IMG/VR virus record: IMGVR_UViG_3300020718_000012
Span: 3,710 to 67,709 of that record
Direction: 5' to 3' (one strand)
DNA from: a virus
Taxonomy: Duplodnaviria > Caudoviricetes
Length of the DNA stretch: 64,000 bases
Shown here: one piece after another, positions 1-7,616 of the stretch
Layout of the letters: the number at the start of each line of letters is the position of its first letter
Position numbering within the stretch: the stretch's first letter is position 1
Notes under the pieces: generated by a model
What the model saw: the letters and a program-made list of their open reading frames with translations, nothing else
Told to the model about the DNA's origin: nothing
The model's database searches: none
Translations under genes and position numbers: made by a program

Positions 1-2
1 TA

Positions 3-404
3 GGATTCTCTGTAAAGCATAGTGGTGCGATTGCTGACATTGTAATGCCTAAATTGGATGACATTGTTAGCAAGTTTATGGATAACGAATTTTTTACCCT
101 TAAACGCAAATTTGAGGTACTTGCTGAACGACCAATTTACAACTTGGAAGATTACGTTAAAGTGACTGCAAAGTCATTAGGATTGTTCAAATATGAGATG
201 TCTGATAAAAATCCCGAGCCTAGTGCAAATGCAAGATTCATCTTTGATGTAGTTGAAAGAGAAACTGCACAATTGAACACTAGACCAAACCAATGGATAG
301 TATACAATGCATTCAATGAATTGATTCATGGCAAATTGAAAAAAACATTTGACCAACAACGCACATTAGATGAGAGATTATTTGATACTATCTACGCAGG
401 TTAA
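3..404 (+). CDS. DUF932-like protein, C-terminal part (5' truncated by window edge)
   Basis: Frame is open from nt 3 (GFSVKHSGAIADIV-MPKLDD); xKHS/T motif followed by helical region with NQWIVYNAFNE resembles phage DUF932 proteins; stop TAA 402-404. Confidence 0.55.
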   Translation, partial: GFSVKHSGAIADIVMPKLDDIVSKFMDNEFFTLKRKFEVLAERPIYNLEDYVKVTAKSLGLFKYEMSDKNPEPSANARFIFDVVERETAQLNTRPNQWIVYNAFNELIHGKLKKTFDQQRTLDERLFDTIYAG

Positions 405-450
405 CTGACGAGCATTCAATATGCGAAACCATCTTCGGATGGTCTTAACC
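399..450 (+). ncRNA. Type I hammerhead ribozyme 1
   Basis: GGTTAA-CTGACGA-GCAT(TCAAT)ATGC-GAAA-CCATC(TTCG)GATGG-TC^TTAACC: complete core, three stems, GUC cleavage triplet (cut after 444). Confidence 0.93.
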
Positions 451-462
451 AATAACAATTTT

Positions 463-750
463 ATGACAACAAATTATTCAATTGAATTTATGATTCAAAA
501 TGGCGAAAGATTCGCTAGAAAATGTGACCATTGTAATAAGCCCACAAATGAGGTTTATGTCATCAATGATGGTGAAGAGTATTATTGCTCCGATGATTGC
601 TTACATGAGCATTACACACCAAAACAATGGAAGAAAATGTACAATAATGATGAAGGATATTGGACAAGTTTTTATGACAATTTAGATGGCGACATTGCTG
701 AGTGTGATGTGGAATTTATTTTATTCGATGGACAATTAATTCAATTATAA
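463..750 (+). CDS. Small Zn-binding protein (CxxC...YCSxxC, TRASH/MYM-like)
   Basis: CDHC...YYCSDDC; start moved from 421 to ATG 463 because 421-450 lies inside the ribozyme. Confidence 0.7.
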   Translation: MTTNYSIEFMIQNGERFARKCDHCNKPTNEVYVINDGEEYYCSDDCLHEHYTPKQWKKMYNNDEGYWTSFYDNLDGDIAECDVEFILFDGQLIQL

Positions 751-769
751 ACTTATTAAACTAAACAAA

Positions 770-982
770 ATGAAAAAATTTAAAGTATCAAGATGTGAAG
801 ATTCAGATTATATTCTGGATAGTAAAAGAAGATATGGTGTGGAATATATTTCTATTGATGAAGATGGCAATCCAATCGACTTTGGTATGGATTATGATTA
901 TTTCAATTCTGAGTTAGAAGCAGAAACATTTGTAAAAAATTATAATTTAAAAATTAAATTTTATGAGCAAAGATTTATTTGA
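770..982 (+). CDS. Hypothetical early protein
   Basis: 70-aa ORF with A-rich leader. Confidence 0.6.
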   Translation: MKKFKVSRCEDSDYILDSKRRYGVEYISIDEDGNPIDFGMDYDYFNSELEAETFVKNYNLKIKFYEQRFI

Positions 983-1172
983 ATGCACCAACAAATTGCC
1001 TAGAAAAATAAAAGCCATTTTAAGGCGATTTAATGACCTAGAAATCGAAAGAGGTATACAATATTCAGATTTGATACAAATGGGCAAAGAAATGGCTATT
1101 TATGGCTATAGCTTTGATTTTTACTTGGATTGCATACCATACAATTTGCAAAAGATTAAAAAGGTTAACTGA
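963..1172 (+). CDS. Hypothetical early protein
   Basis: 69-aa ORF; stop TGA lies in the CTGATGA core of ribozyme 2. Confidence 0.65.
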   Translation: MSKDLFECTNKLPRKIKAILRRFNDLEIERGIQYSDLIQMGKEMAIYGYSFDFYLDCIPYNLQKIKKVN

Positions 1173-1216
1173 TGAGGATTGAATATCCGAAATGCGTAGC
1201 AATACGCATATTAACC
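1163..1216 (+). ncRNA. Type I hammerhead ribozyme 2
   Basis: GGTTAA-CTGATGA-GGAT(TGAAT)ATCC-GAAA-TGCGTA(GCAA)TACGCA-TA^TTAACC; AUA triplet (cut after 1210). Confidence 0.92.
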
Positions 1217-1229
1217 AAAACAATTAAAA

Positions 1230-1589
1230 ATGGAAAAGAAATTCGTTATTGACTACGATAACAAAGTTTTGACTTTGCATTATCAAGGACAAGTTTTTAT
1301 GTTTGATTTAACTATGGGTGATGTAGGTGATTTTTGGTATGGTTTTGTCTTAAAAGATGGAACTATTCTGGATGTCAACTACCATCAAGAAGATGCAGAT
1401 GATGTACCATTCTGCGAAATTTGGGGAACTGATGAATCTAAGCCATTGAATACCCAACAAATTGATGGATTGGATATCTGCGAGATTCTAGGTAATCCTA
1501 TAAACTATTTTGGTGAAGAGCCAATCCAATTATCTTGGATGAACGCATTTGAATTAGACAAACAATTTACAAACTTTAAAATTAGATAA
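1230..1589 (+). CDS. Hypothetical acidic early protein
   Basis: 119-aa ORF starting 13 nt after ribozyme 2. Confidence 0.75.
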   Translation: MEKKFVIDYDNKVLTLHYQGQVFMFDLTMGDVGDFWYGFVLKDGTILDVNYHQEDADDVPFCEIWGTDESKPLNTQQIDGLDICEILGNPINYFGEEPIQLSWMNAFELDKQFTNFKIR

Positions 1590-1590
1590 A

Positions 1591-1815
1591 ATGGAAATAT
1601 TAAACGCAACACCAAAAGGTACATTCTATATCAATGAATTAGCTTGTGACCTAGCTGACTTATTTATTCAACAAACCTATCAATATACCACTGAACCAAT
1701 TTGGGAAGATGATGGTGATGGTGGTAGCAGATACACCGAATTTATGCAAGAGCAGTTCGACATCGTGCATAACAAAATAGAATCATATCTATTAAGAAAC
1801 CAATTAAAAAAATAA
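1591..1815 (+). CDS. Hypothetical early protein
   Basis: 74-aa ORF tightly packed in the operon. Confidence 0.7.
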   Translation: MEILNATPKGTFYINELACDLADLFIQQTYQYTTEPIWEDDGDGGSRYTEFMQEQFDIVHNKIESYLLRNQLKK

Positions 1816-1817
1816 CA

Positions 1818-2006
1818 ATGACAAATTTAGAAATCAAATTCAGATTAGAACAAATCTTAGCCAAAATCCAAGACAATTGCGATAGTGGATGGAATGATGA
1901 TTTGCAAAGCACATTTAATTGTGTAATCCTTGAAGATGCACAAAACAACTACTATAATGGGTGGCTAAGTGAATTAGAAGCTCTACACGATGATATAATC
2001 GCATAG
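1818..2006 (+). CDS. Hypothetical early protein
   Basis: 62-aa ORF; stop TAG overlaps the first G of ribozyme 3. Confidence 0.7.
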   Translation: MTNLEIKFRLEQILAKIQDNCDSGWNDDLQSTFNCVILEDAQNNYYNGWLSELEALHDDIIA

Positions 2007-2061
2007 GTTAACTGATGATAGGTAAATCCTTGAAACGAGCTAGAAATGGCTCGTATTAACC
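2006..2061 (+). ncRNA. Type I hammerhead ribozyme 3 (variant stem II)
   Basis: GGTTAA-CTGATGA-TAGG(TAAAT)CCTT-GAAA-CGAGCTA(GAAA)TGGCTCG-TA^TTAACC; GUA triplet (cut after 2055); U-U instead of G-C at the base of stem II. Confidence 0.85.
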
Positions 2062-2074
2062 AAAAAACCACATA

Positions 2075-2401
2075 ATGGAAAAGACTTTATTTGAAATCGA
2101 AACTGCTGATGGATTTGACCAATTTGAAGGCATCTCATTTGGGGATAGATGGAATGGATGGGAATGTCCCCAATTTGATTTGGCTAATTGTAAGAAAATC
2201 CTAGAAGGCATTGGAACGGAAGAGCTAGCAAAAGAATGCTCTTTCTCTTTCTATGAATATGATGACTTTTATGATGTCATTATTGAAAAAGTTTATTGGG
2301 ATGGTAAACTAGAGGCAATTGATACATCCAAACCAATCGTTATTGATGGCATCAAATATTACGCAATTGGTTGCTATAATTGGACTTGGTCTAAAGCATA
2401 A
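2075..2401 (+). CDS. Hypothetical early protein (WNGW motif)
   Basis: 108-aa ORF downstream of ribozyme 3. Confidence 0.75.
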   Translation: MEKTLFEIETADGFDQFEGISFGDRWNGWECPQFDLANCKKILEGIGTEELAKECSFSFYEYDDFYDVIIEKVYWDGKLEAIDTSKPIVIDGIKYYAIGCYNWTWSKA

Positions 2402-2463
2402 AACATATAATAAATCTAACTTTTAATACCTTATTTAACTTTAAATAGTTAGGTTAACGAGGG

Positions 2464-2493
2464 GTGCGTATTCGTTATCACGCACATTTTTTT
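2464..2493 (+). terminator. Intrinsic terminator closing the ribozyme-punctuated operon
   Basis: GTGCGT..ACGCAC stem followed by ATTTTTTT. Confidence 0.65.
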
Positions 2494-2629
2494 GCCAATT
2501 TTTATGCTTCACCTAAACATGGGGCGACTAACCCAGAAATGGATCTTTGGGAATCTTCACCACATTTTTAAATTATCTAATTTGCTAAATCAAAATCAAA
2601 TAAATTTTACAATTATTAAATTATCTAGA

Positions 2630-2797
2630 ATGAAAAACATTAAAAAACTACAAAATCAAATTAAAGCATTAAACTTTAAATTATTGCAAGGAAATGTAAA
2701 AAATGTATACGCAGTAAAGGGGAAAATCAAGGAGTTAAAGGGGAAATTGCAACAAGAAATTGATAGATATAATTGGGAAGCATTTGAATCTCTTTAA
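2630..2797 (+). CDS. Small basic coiled-coil protein
   Basis: ATG 2630 (MKNIKKLQ...) preferred over the TTG-extended 2492 call, which would overlap the terminator tail. Confidence 0.55.
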   Translation: MKNIKKLQNQIKALNFKLLQGNVKNVYAVKGKIKELKGKLQQEIDRYNWEAFESL

Positions 2798-2798
2798 T

Positions 2799-2846
2799 TA
2801 ATTAAATTAAATTATTTTGCTGTAATTAAATTAACTTATATATTTG
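2799..2846 (+). promoter_or_regulatory. Bacteroidota-type promoter with two TAATTAAATTAA boxes
   Basis: TTTG 2816-2819, 19-nt spacer, TATATTTG 2839-2846; boxes at 2799-2810 and 2823-2834. Confidence 0.7.
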
Positions 2847-2870
2847 TAATCAAATCAAAACTAAATCTAT

Positions 2871-3008
2871 ATGAAAAAATTAAAAGATTCGTTATTACTG
2901 AGCCTACAATTGCTCAAATTTTGCATCATTAGTGTTCCATTAGCTTGTACTTTATATTTTAGTGTGAACATATTCTATGAACTTAAAAGAATTATTTATG
3001 GGAAATAA
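2871..3008 (+). CDS. Small membrane peptide (not in ORF track)
   Basis: 45-aa MKKLKDSLLLSLQLLKFCIISVPLACTLYF... directly after the promoter. Confidence 0.5.
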   Translation: MKKLKDSLLLSLQLLKFCIISVPLACTLYFSVNIFYELKRIIYGK

Positions 3009-3240
3009 TACAGACACTAAAGAATTGTTGAGAACTACCTTTTTCAAAATGTTTAAAAAAGATGTATTGTCTAATTTAGATATGGATGACTTTGTGGTAA
3101 TGTGGCAAGCATTAGCTGATAAATGGGGTATTTACTTAACTGATAAGCAATGGGATGATTTTGCCGAAGAAATCAATTCCGTAGCTTCTAATAGACAATT
3201 TTATTTTAACGAAATATTTGATAAACACTTTAAAAATTAA
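2977..3240 (+). CDS. Hypothetical protein
   Basis: 87-aa ORF; true start may be ATG 2998. Confidence 0.65.
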   Translation: MNLKELFMGNNTDTKELLRTTFFKMFKKDVLSNLDMDDFVVMWQALADKWGIYLTDKQWDDFAEEINSVASNRQFYFNEIFDKHFKN

Positions 3241-3243
3241 ACA

Positions 3244-3447
3244 ATGGATAACCAAACAAAAATCAATTTTACATGGATTAAAGATTCCAATGAACACATC
3301 AGACTAGACTTAAATTGTACTATTCCTTTAACCAAAGGTGATAGAATGATATATGACTACGAAGATAAACAATACCACTTGGAAGTAGACTTTAGGGTAT
3401 ATGTAAAAGAAACAAATAATTTAGTAATTGTATTTAAAGAAAAATAA
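3244..3447 (+). CDS. Hypothetical protein
   Basis: 67-aa ORF in a packed operon. Confidence 0.6.
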   Translation: MDNQTKINFTWIKDSNEHIRLDLNCTIPLTKGDRMIYDYEDKQYHLEVDFRVYVKETNNLVIVFKEK

Positions 3448-3455
3448 TAATATTT

Positions 3456-3665
3456 ATGGCAATCTATCAAATAATAAAAGAAACATCATTTACAGGGGCA
3501 ATCCTTTATTCCATTGAAAAAGATGGTAAATACATCATGAATTCTGCTAGTGCAGACCTTACTAAAGTAGAAGATTATCTGCATAGAATAATGGCAAACA
3601 ATGAACAAGAAGTAATAAAAGAAACAATAAAAACAATAGAAGTAAATGAAAACGAAACAAATTAG
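3456..3665 (+). CDS. Hypothetical protein
   Basis: 69-aa ORF in a packed operon. Confidence 0.6.
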   Translation: MAIYQIIKETSFTGAILYSIEKDGKYIMNSASADLTKVEDYLHRIMANNEQEVIKETIKTIEVNENETN

Positions 3666-3849
3666 TGTATCAGAATATGCATCTAAAATTGATCCATCGT
3701 TATTTAGAGCAAACAGGAAAAATCCTGATGCTACAATAACACAACAAGCAATTAAATATAGAATAAAACATAACCTACAATTACCTGAAGTGATAAAATA
3801 CAATAGGGTAGGTAAAGTTCATGTATTAACCGTAAACTCAAATTTTTAA
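3646..3849 (+). CDS. Putative small winged-helix/HTH DNA-binding protein
   Basis: ISVSEYA...TQQAIKYRIK...RVGKVHVL pattern resembles excisionase-like wHTH. Confidence 0.45.
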   Translation: MKTKQISVSEYASKIDPSLFRANRKNPDATITQQAIKYRIKHNLQLPEVIKYNRVGKVHVLTVNSNF

Positions 3850-3853
3850 TATT

Positions 3854-4006
3854 ATGTTAGATTATTTAAAATTCGTATGGGATAGTGCCATACATCCTAC
3901 ATCATTTGTAGATTTTCTACCTGCATTTCAATTAATTATTTTTATCCTGTTTTGTGTATTTGCTATTAAAGCAGTTATCGAAATATGGAAATTCAAAAAC
4001 CAATAA
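3854..4006 (+). CDS. Small membrane protein (not in ORF track)
   Basis: 50 aa with a hydrophobic segment LIIFILFCVFAIKAVI. Confidence 0.5.
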   Translation: MLDYLKFVWDSAIHPTSFVDFLPAFQLIIFILFCVFAIKAVIEIWKFKNQ

Positions 4007-4009
4007 ATT

Positions 4010-4267
4010 ATGACAAAAGAAGATATTTTAGGTACACCAGTACAAAAAGAAAATTTCACCACATTTGGCGATTTAACTGCCTACGAAAGACAAATGATTA
4101 TGGCAGAGCTATATCATAACGCATGGTATGACCAAGAAAGATTTGATGAAATGTATGATTTGTATAATAAATGGACAAACAATCCATTAACTAATAGAAA
4201 ATTTATTTTACCTAATACCGAAAAAGATGAAGAACAATTACGAGATTTCCCAGAATTACATCCTTAA
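4010..4267 (+). CDS. Hypothetical protein
   Basis: 85-aa ORF. Confidence 0.6.
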   Translation: MTKEDILGTPVQKENFTTFGDLTAYERQMIMAELYHNAWYDQERFDEMYDLYNKWTNNPLTNRKFILPNTEKDEEQLRDFPELHP

Positions 4268-4403
4268 TCTTGAAAATGAAACATTAAGAGAAAGAATTGC
4301 ACAATTAATTGCTGACTATAAAGAATTAAAAAAGAAGTATGAAGAAAGGGAAAGGGAACTGCAAGGGGATAATTCAATTATTCAAGAACGAAATGCTGAT
4401 TAG
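4227..4403 (+). CDS. Small coiled-coil protein (not in ORF track)
   Basis: 58 aa MKNNYEISQNYILNLENETLRERIAQL... Confidence 0.45.
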   Translation: MKNNYEISQNYILNLENETLRERIAQLIADYKELKKKYEERERELQGDNSIIQERNAD

Positions 4404-4518
4404 AGAATATAAATTTAATGATGGGGATGATAGAAAAAGAATGTTAAAAATATGGACATCTGAACTAAAACCCAATGGATTGGATTGTTATTATTTAATT
4501 ATTAAACCTGAATTATGA
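4393..4518 (+). CDS. Small hypothetical protein (not in ORF track)
   Basis: 41 aa MLIREYKFNDGDDRKRMLKIW..., ATGA overlap with the next ORF. Confidence 0.4.
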   Translation: MLIREYKFNDGDDRKRMLKIWTSELKPNGLDCYYLIIKPEL

Positions 4519-4682
4519 AAAAGAAATGCATAAAATGTAAAAAATTAAAAGATTTAGATGACTTTTATAGGTCAAAAACCACTAATGATGGTAGAGTATT
4601 TTCATGTAAAGAATGTGATATTATCTACAGCAGAAAATTAAGGGAAAAAAAGAAAAAAGACTTAGAATTTGCTATTTATTAA
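4515..4682 (+). CDS. Stand-alone CxxC...CxxC zinc-binding module (like the N-terminus of Endo VII-type homing endonucleases)
   Basis: MKKKCIKCKKLKDLDDFYRSKTTNDGRVFSCKEC. Confidence 0.55.
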   Translation: MKKKCIKCKKLKDLDDFYRSKTTNDGRVFSCKECDIIYSRKLREKKKKDLEFAIY

Positions 4683-4699
4683 TTTTAAATAAACTAAAA

Positions 4700-4930
4700 A
4701 TGAAAATTACAATTACTACCTATGGTGTTGAACATTCTATCAACACAAACCCATCAGTTGATTACATGAGTAAAGAAGATATTGATGGTACAACTATTCA
4801 TGAAGTAGCCAAAGCTTTAAAATCATTATTACTTAGTCTTACATTTACTGAAGAACAAATTAATGAAACTTTTTTAAAAGTGGAAGAGGATTTTGAAGAT
4901 GATATTGATCTTTGGGGGATAGAAGATTAA
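4700..4930 (+). CDS. Hypothetical protein
   Basis: 76-aa ORF ending convergently with the minus-strand block. Confidence 0.6.
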   Translation: MKITITTYGVEHSINTNPSVDYMSKEDIDGTTIHEVAKALKSLLLSLTFTEEQINETFLKVEEDFEDDIDLWGIED

Positions 4931-5097
4931 TTTAAAGATATAATATCAATATCACCATCTGGAAGCATATCTATTTCTTTAACAAGGATAATATCTAAAT
5001 CCTTAAATTTGAATAGTATTTCAGACATAGATTCGGCATAGACTAACTTAGTTAGTTTTATGCCGTTTTTTATGAAATATATTCTATACGCTTTCAT
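4927..5097 (-). CDS. Small hypothetical protein (not in ORF track)
   Basis: 56 aa MKAYRIYFIKNGIKLTKLVYAE...; ATGA overlap with 5094 ORF; stop shares TTAA with the convergent gene. Confidence 0.5.
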   Translation of the reverse strand: MKAYRIYFIKNGIKLTKLVYAESMSEILFKFKDLDIILVKEIDMLPDGDIDIISLN

Positions 5098-5366
5098 TTT
5101 GATCCATCTTGTAGAGGTTCATGATCCGACTGATCAATTCTTATATAATTTTCTTTCCATAATATTTTAGTTAAAGTTATGGATTTTTCAATTATTTCTT
5201 CCTCGCTATCTTCTGGTTGCAAAATGTGTAAAACTTCATGTATTAATACCTCAAGATGTTTTTTAGATTTTAATCTACTATCTAACTCAATAACACCATC
5301 GGATGAAGCAATGCCATAGGCTTGTTCTTTTCCTAATTTGCGATATATGATTTTGATGTGTGCCAT
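5094..5366 (-). CDS. Small zincin-like metallopeptidase (HExxH)
   Basis: AYGIA...IELD...VLIHEVLH. Confidence 0.6.
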   Translation of the reverse strand: MAHIKIIYRKLGKEQAYGIASSDGVIELDSRLKSKKHLEVLIHEVLHILQPEDSEEEIIEKSITLTKILWKENYIRIDQSDHEPLQDGSK

Positions 5367-5370
5367 TGGG

Positions 5371-6078
5371 TTAATTATTAGAATATTTAAATATCATCCC
5401 ATTATGATAGCTTCTTTCACCTACTAAAACCCTTCTAATATCATTTATATGCTTAATACCAAATTCATTAACAATATCTCTTGCGCAATCAAATGTCCCA
5501 ATAAGATTCATTTCTAAATCATAGCAATCAATTTTGCCTTTATATCTTGGATGACCTACTCCAGTTCTTTTTTGGGCAGCAATAGGCTGTTTTAACCCTT
5601 TCACCCAACTACTCCCACCTCTATTAGCATTACCTATTTTCTTTTTAGTTTCCTCTGATAATGGGGGTTTTTTTATGCCTAATTGAACTTTACTAATATA
5701 TTCTTTTGTTTCTTTTGTATGTTTTTTACCATAAAATGGATTATTAACACCTTTAGTCGCAATTGATATCTTTTGCCTAGTAAGCAAACTTGGGTTTTCG
5801 TTACACTCACCACCACCCGAAAGATTTGCTAATATGCCATCATTGTTAGCAATTCTACCATATAATGCAATAAATTCAATTTCTTTTACCTTTGACTCCT
5901 CAATAGAAATATTATCAAATAAAATTTCTATATCATAGGTAGTCCTACTAACTATGCCTTTCCAAATATTATTTCTTGCGTTTTTTTGCTTGGAACGTTT
6001 ATAATTACTATCACTACCTATACCTATGTAAAACGGTTCATTTTTATCATGCCTAATATGACGATATACATATGCCAT
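5371..6078 (-). CDS. GIY-YIG-type homing endonuclease with NUMOD3/NUMOD1 repeats
   Basis: AYVYRH...FYIGIG...R...E N-terminus; HTKETKEYIS and LSEETKKKIG repeats; IDCYDLEMNLIGTF C-terminus. Confidence 0.8.
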   Translation of the reverse strand: MAYVYRHIRHDKNEPFYIGIGSDSNYKRSKQKNARNNIWKGIVSRTTYDIEILFDNISIEESKVKEIEFIALYGRIANNDGILANLSGGGECNENPSLLTRQKISIATKGVNNPFYGKKHTKETKEYISKVQLGIKKPPLSEETKKKIGNANRGGSSWVKGLKQPIAAQKRTGVGHPRYKGKIDCYDLEMNLIGTFDCARDIVNEFGIKHINDIRRVLVGERSYHNGMIFKYSNN

Positions 6079-6081
6079 AAT

Positions 6082-7083
6082 TTAAACTATTTTTCCTTTA
6101 AAAATTCGCTTATTATGAAATTCAAAATCTTCCCCATTTTCATCTAAATCAACTTCCGCAAAACCATGATTCCATTTATTCAAAGGCATGTACTGAGGGT
6201 GGAGTTCCGAAAGACAGCCGAGTGACCAAGTAGTTACCATTTTACCGGTCAAAGTTGGTTCTGTATGTTCGCTACTTTGATGATTATGTCCTTGGAAACA
6301 ACTAACTTTTGACTTTAAAAATAATCCTCTTGCAGGATTTACAGGTGCAGATATTCCACCCACATACTCATGACCATGAATGCCCCACAAATTATTTAAC
6401 TTCATTGGTCTTTTATCTCCTATGATTTCTATTCCTCTTGCTCTTGCTTTAATGATATTTTCAAATTCAAACTCCTCAACACCTACTAATTCACCAGCTT
6501 TTTCATATAAGAAATGCTCATATCTTTCTTCGTGATTACCTATTTTGAAATAGATTTTACACTTTAATTCTTTTTCAAATACATCAAATAGAGCTTTGAA
6601 TGTATCTAATTCAAGCTTAAAGTTACGCTTCTTTGGATCTTTTATAAATCGACTTAATCTATGGCAGTCAATCGTATCTCCATTTAATAGCAAAGCATCA
6701 GGCTTACTTTTCTTAGCATATTGTATAGCTGCTGTTATTGCATCTATGCTATGATATGGCACATGGATATCAGATAATATTAAAACTTTTTTATGCCCTT
6801 TAAATACAAATGGTTCAAATGCAGTTTCATCAGAAGATGGAAGATTATATGGATTTCTTGGCCTATCTTCTGCTTTGTAAAATTCACTTTTTTCTACATA
6901 TTTTTTTTGTGTAAATCCTGCTTTTCCTTCTATGTATCTTAATGAATGTCTAGCTGTTTCTACATCTTTAAAAGCTAGATTGTTTTCATTATACATTATC
7001 CTAGCTAATTTTAAAGTAGGCATATCAGGATATTCTGAACGATACTTTCTAGCTATGTTTGCATTACCATTTTTTGAACGCAT
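6082..7083 (-). CDS. Calcineurin-like metallophosphoesterase with N-terminal helical domain
   Basis: SDIH, GDTID, GNHE, HGHE, GHNH motifs. Confidence 0.85.
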   Translation of the reverse strand: MRSKNGNANIARKYRSEYPDMPTLKLARIMYNENNLAFKDVETARHSLRYIEGKAGFTQKKYVEKSEFYKAEDRPRNPYNLPSSDETAFEPFVFKGHKKVLILSDIHVPYHSIDAITAAIQYAKKSKPDALLLNGDTIDCHRLSRFIKDPKKRNFKLELDTFKALFDVFEKELKCKIYFKIGNHEERYEHFLYEKAGELVGVEEFEFENIIKARARGIEIIGDKRPMKLNNLWGIHGHEYVGGISAPVNPARGLFLKSKVSCFQGHNHQSSEHTEPTLTGKMVTTWSLGCLSELHPQYMPLNKWNHGFAEVDLDENGEDFEFHNKRIFKGKIV

Positions 7084-7100
7084 ATAGTTTATTTTGGTTA

Positions 7101-7616
7101 TTACGCTGAATAATCAATCGCATTAACCCTATTCATCCAACCTTTAATAAACTTCACTTGTGATGGGTTATTTTCTACAATACGATTATATTTATCGATT
7201 CTTTTTTGTTTTAATTTAGAATATAAATCTGCCCCATCATGACTATTCACTCCAGCTAATGTTTTACTACCAAAAATTCCATCAGCTTCCAATCCTAATA
7301 CTTGTTGGATATATTTTGTAATTGTGCCTACTCCTTGATTAATTGCACCATCTACTATGTATTCTGCTAATGATTGATTTTTGATTTCATCAGCTTTAAA
7401 TTTGTCCCAATACATTTTTTTATACATTGCTTTAGCATCATCTTTTGTTAATGCTTTTACATCTTCACATGTTGCATTTGGCTTATTAAAAAATGTTTTT
7501 ACATCATCTAATATTAAACCAAAATGTGTACATCCACCTGTATCGGTTGGATCATTTTCATAAACTGTTCCCTCAAATTTCAAAATATTTGGGAAGTACG
7601 GATCAAAATTTGCCAT
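7101..7616 (-). CDS. Endolysin, glycoside hydrolase family 108 with peptidoglycan-binding C-terminus
   Basis: FEG...NDPTDTGGCTHFG; DGIFGSKT; FIKGWMNR. Confidence 0.9.
   Translation of the reverse strand: MANFDPYFPNILKFEGTVYENDPTDTGGCTHFGLILDDVKTFFNKPNATCEDVKALTKDDAKAMYKKMYWDKFKADEIKNQSLAEYIVDGAINQGVGTITKYIQQVLGLEADGIFGSKTLAGVNSHDGADLYSKLKQKRIDKYNRIVENNPSQVKFIKGWMNRVNAIDYSA

Noticed and set aside
421-462. N-terminal extension of ORF 421-750
   Set aside because: ATG 421 lies in stem II of ribozyme 1, upstream of the cut site; ATG 463 has a normal leader.
2492-2629. TTG-started extension of ORF 2492-2797
   Set aside because: Begins in the terminator U-tract; ATG 2630 is more plausible.
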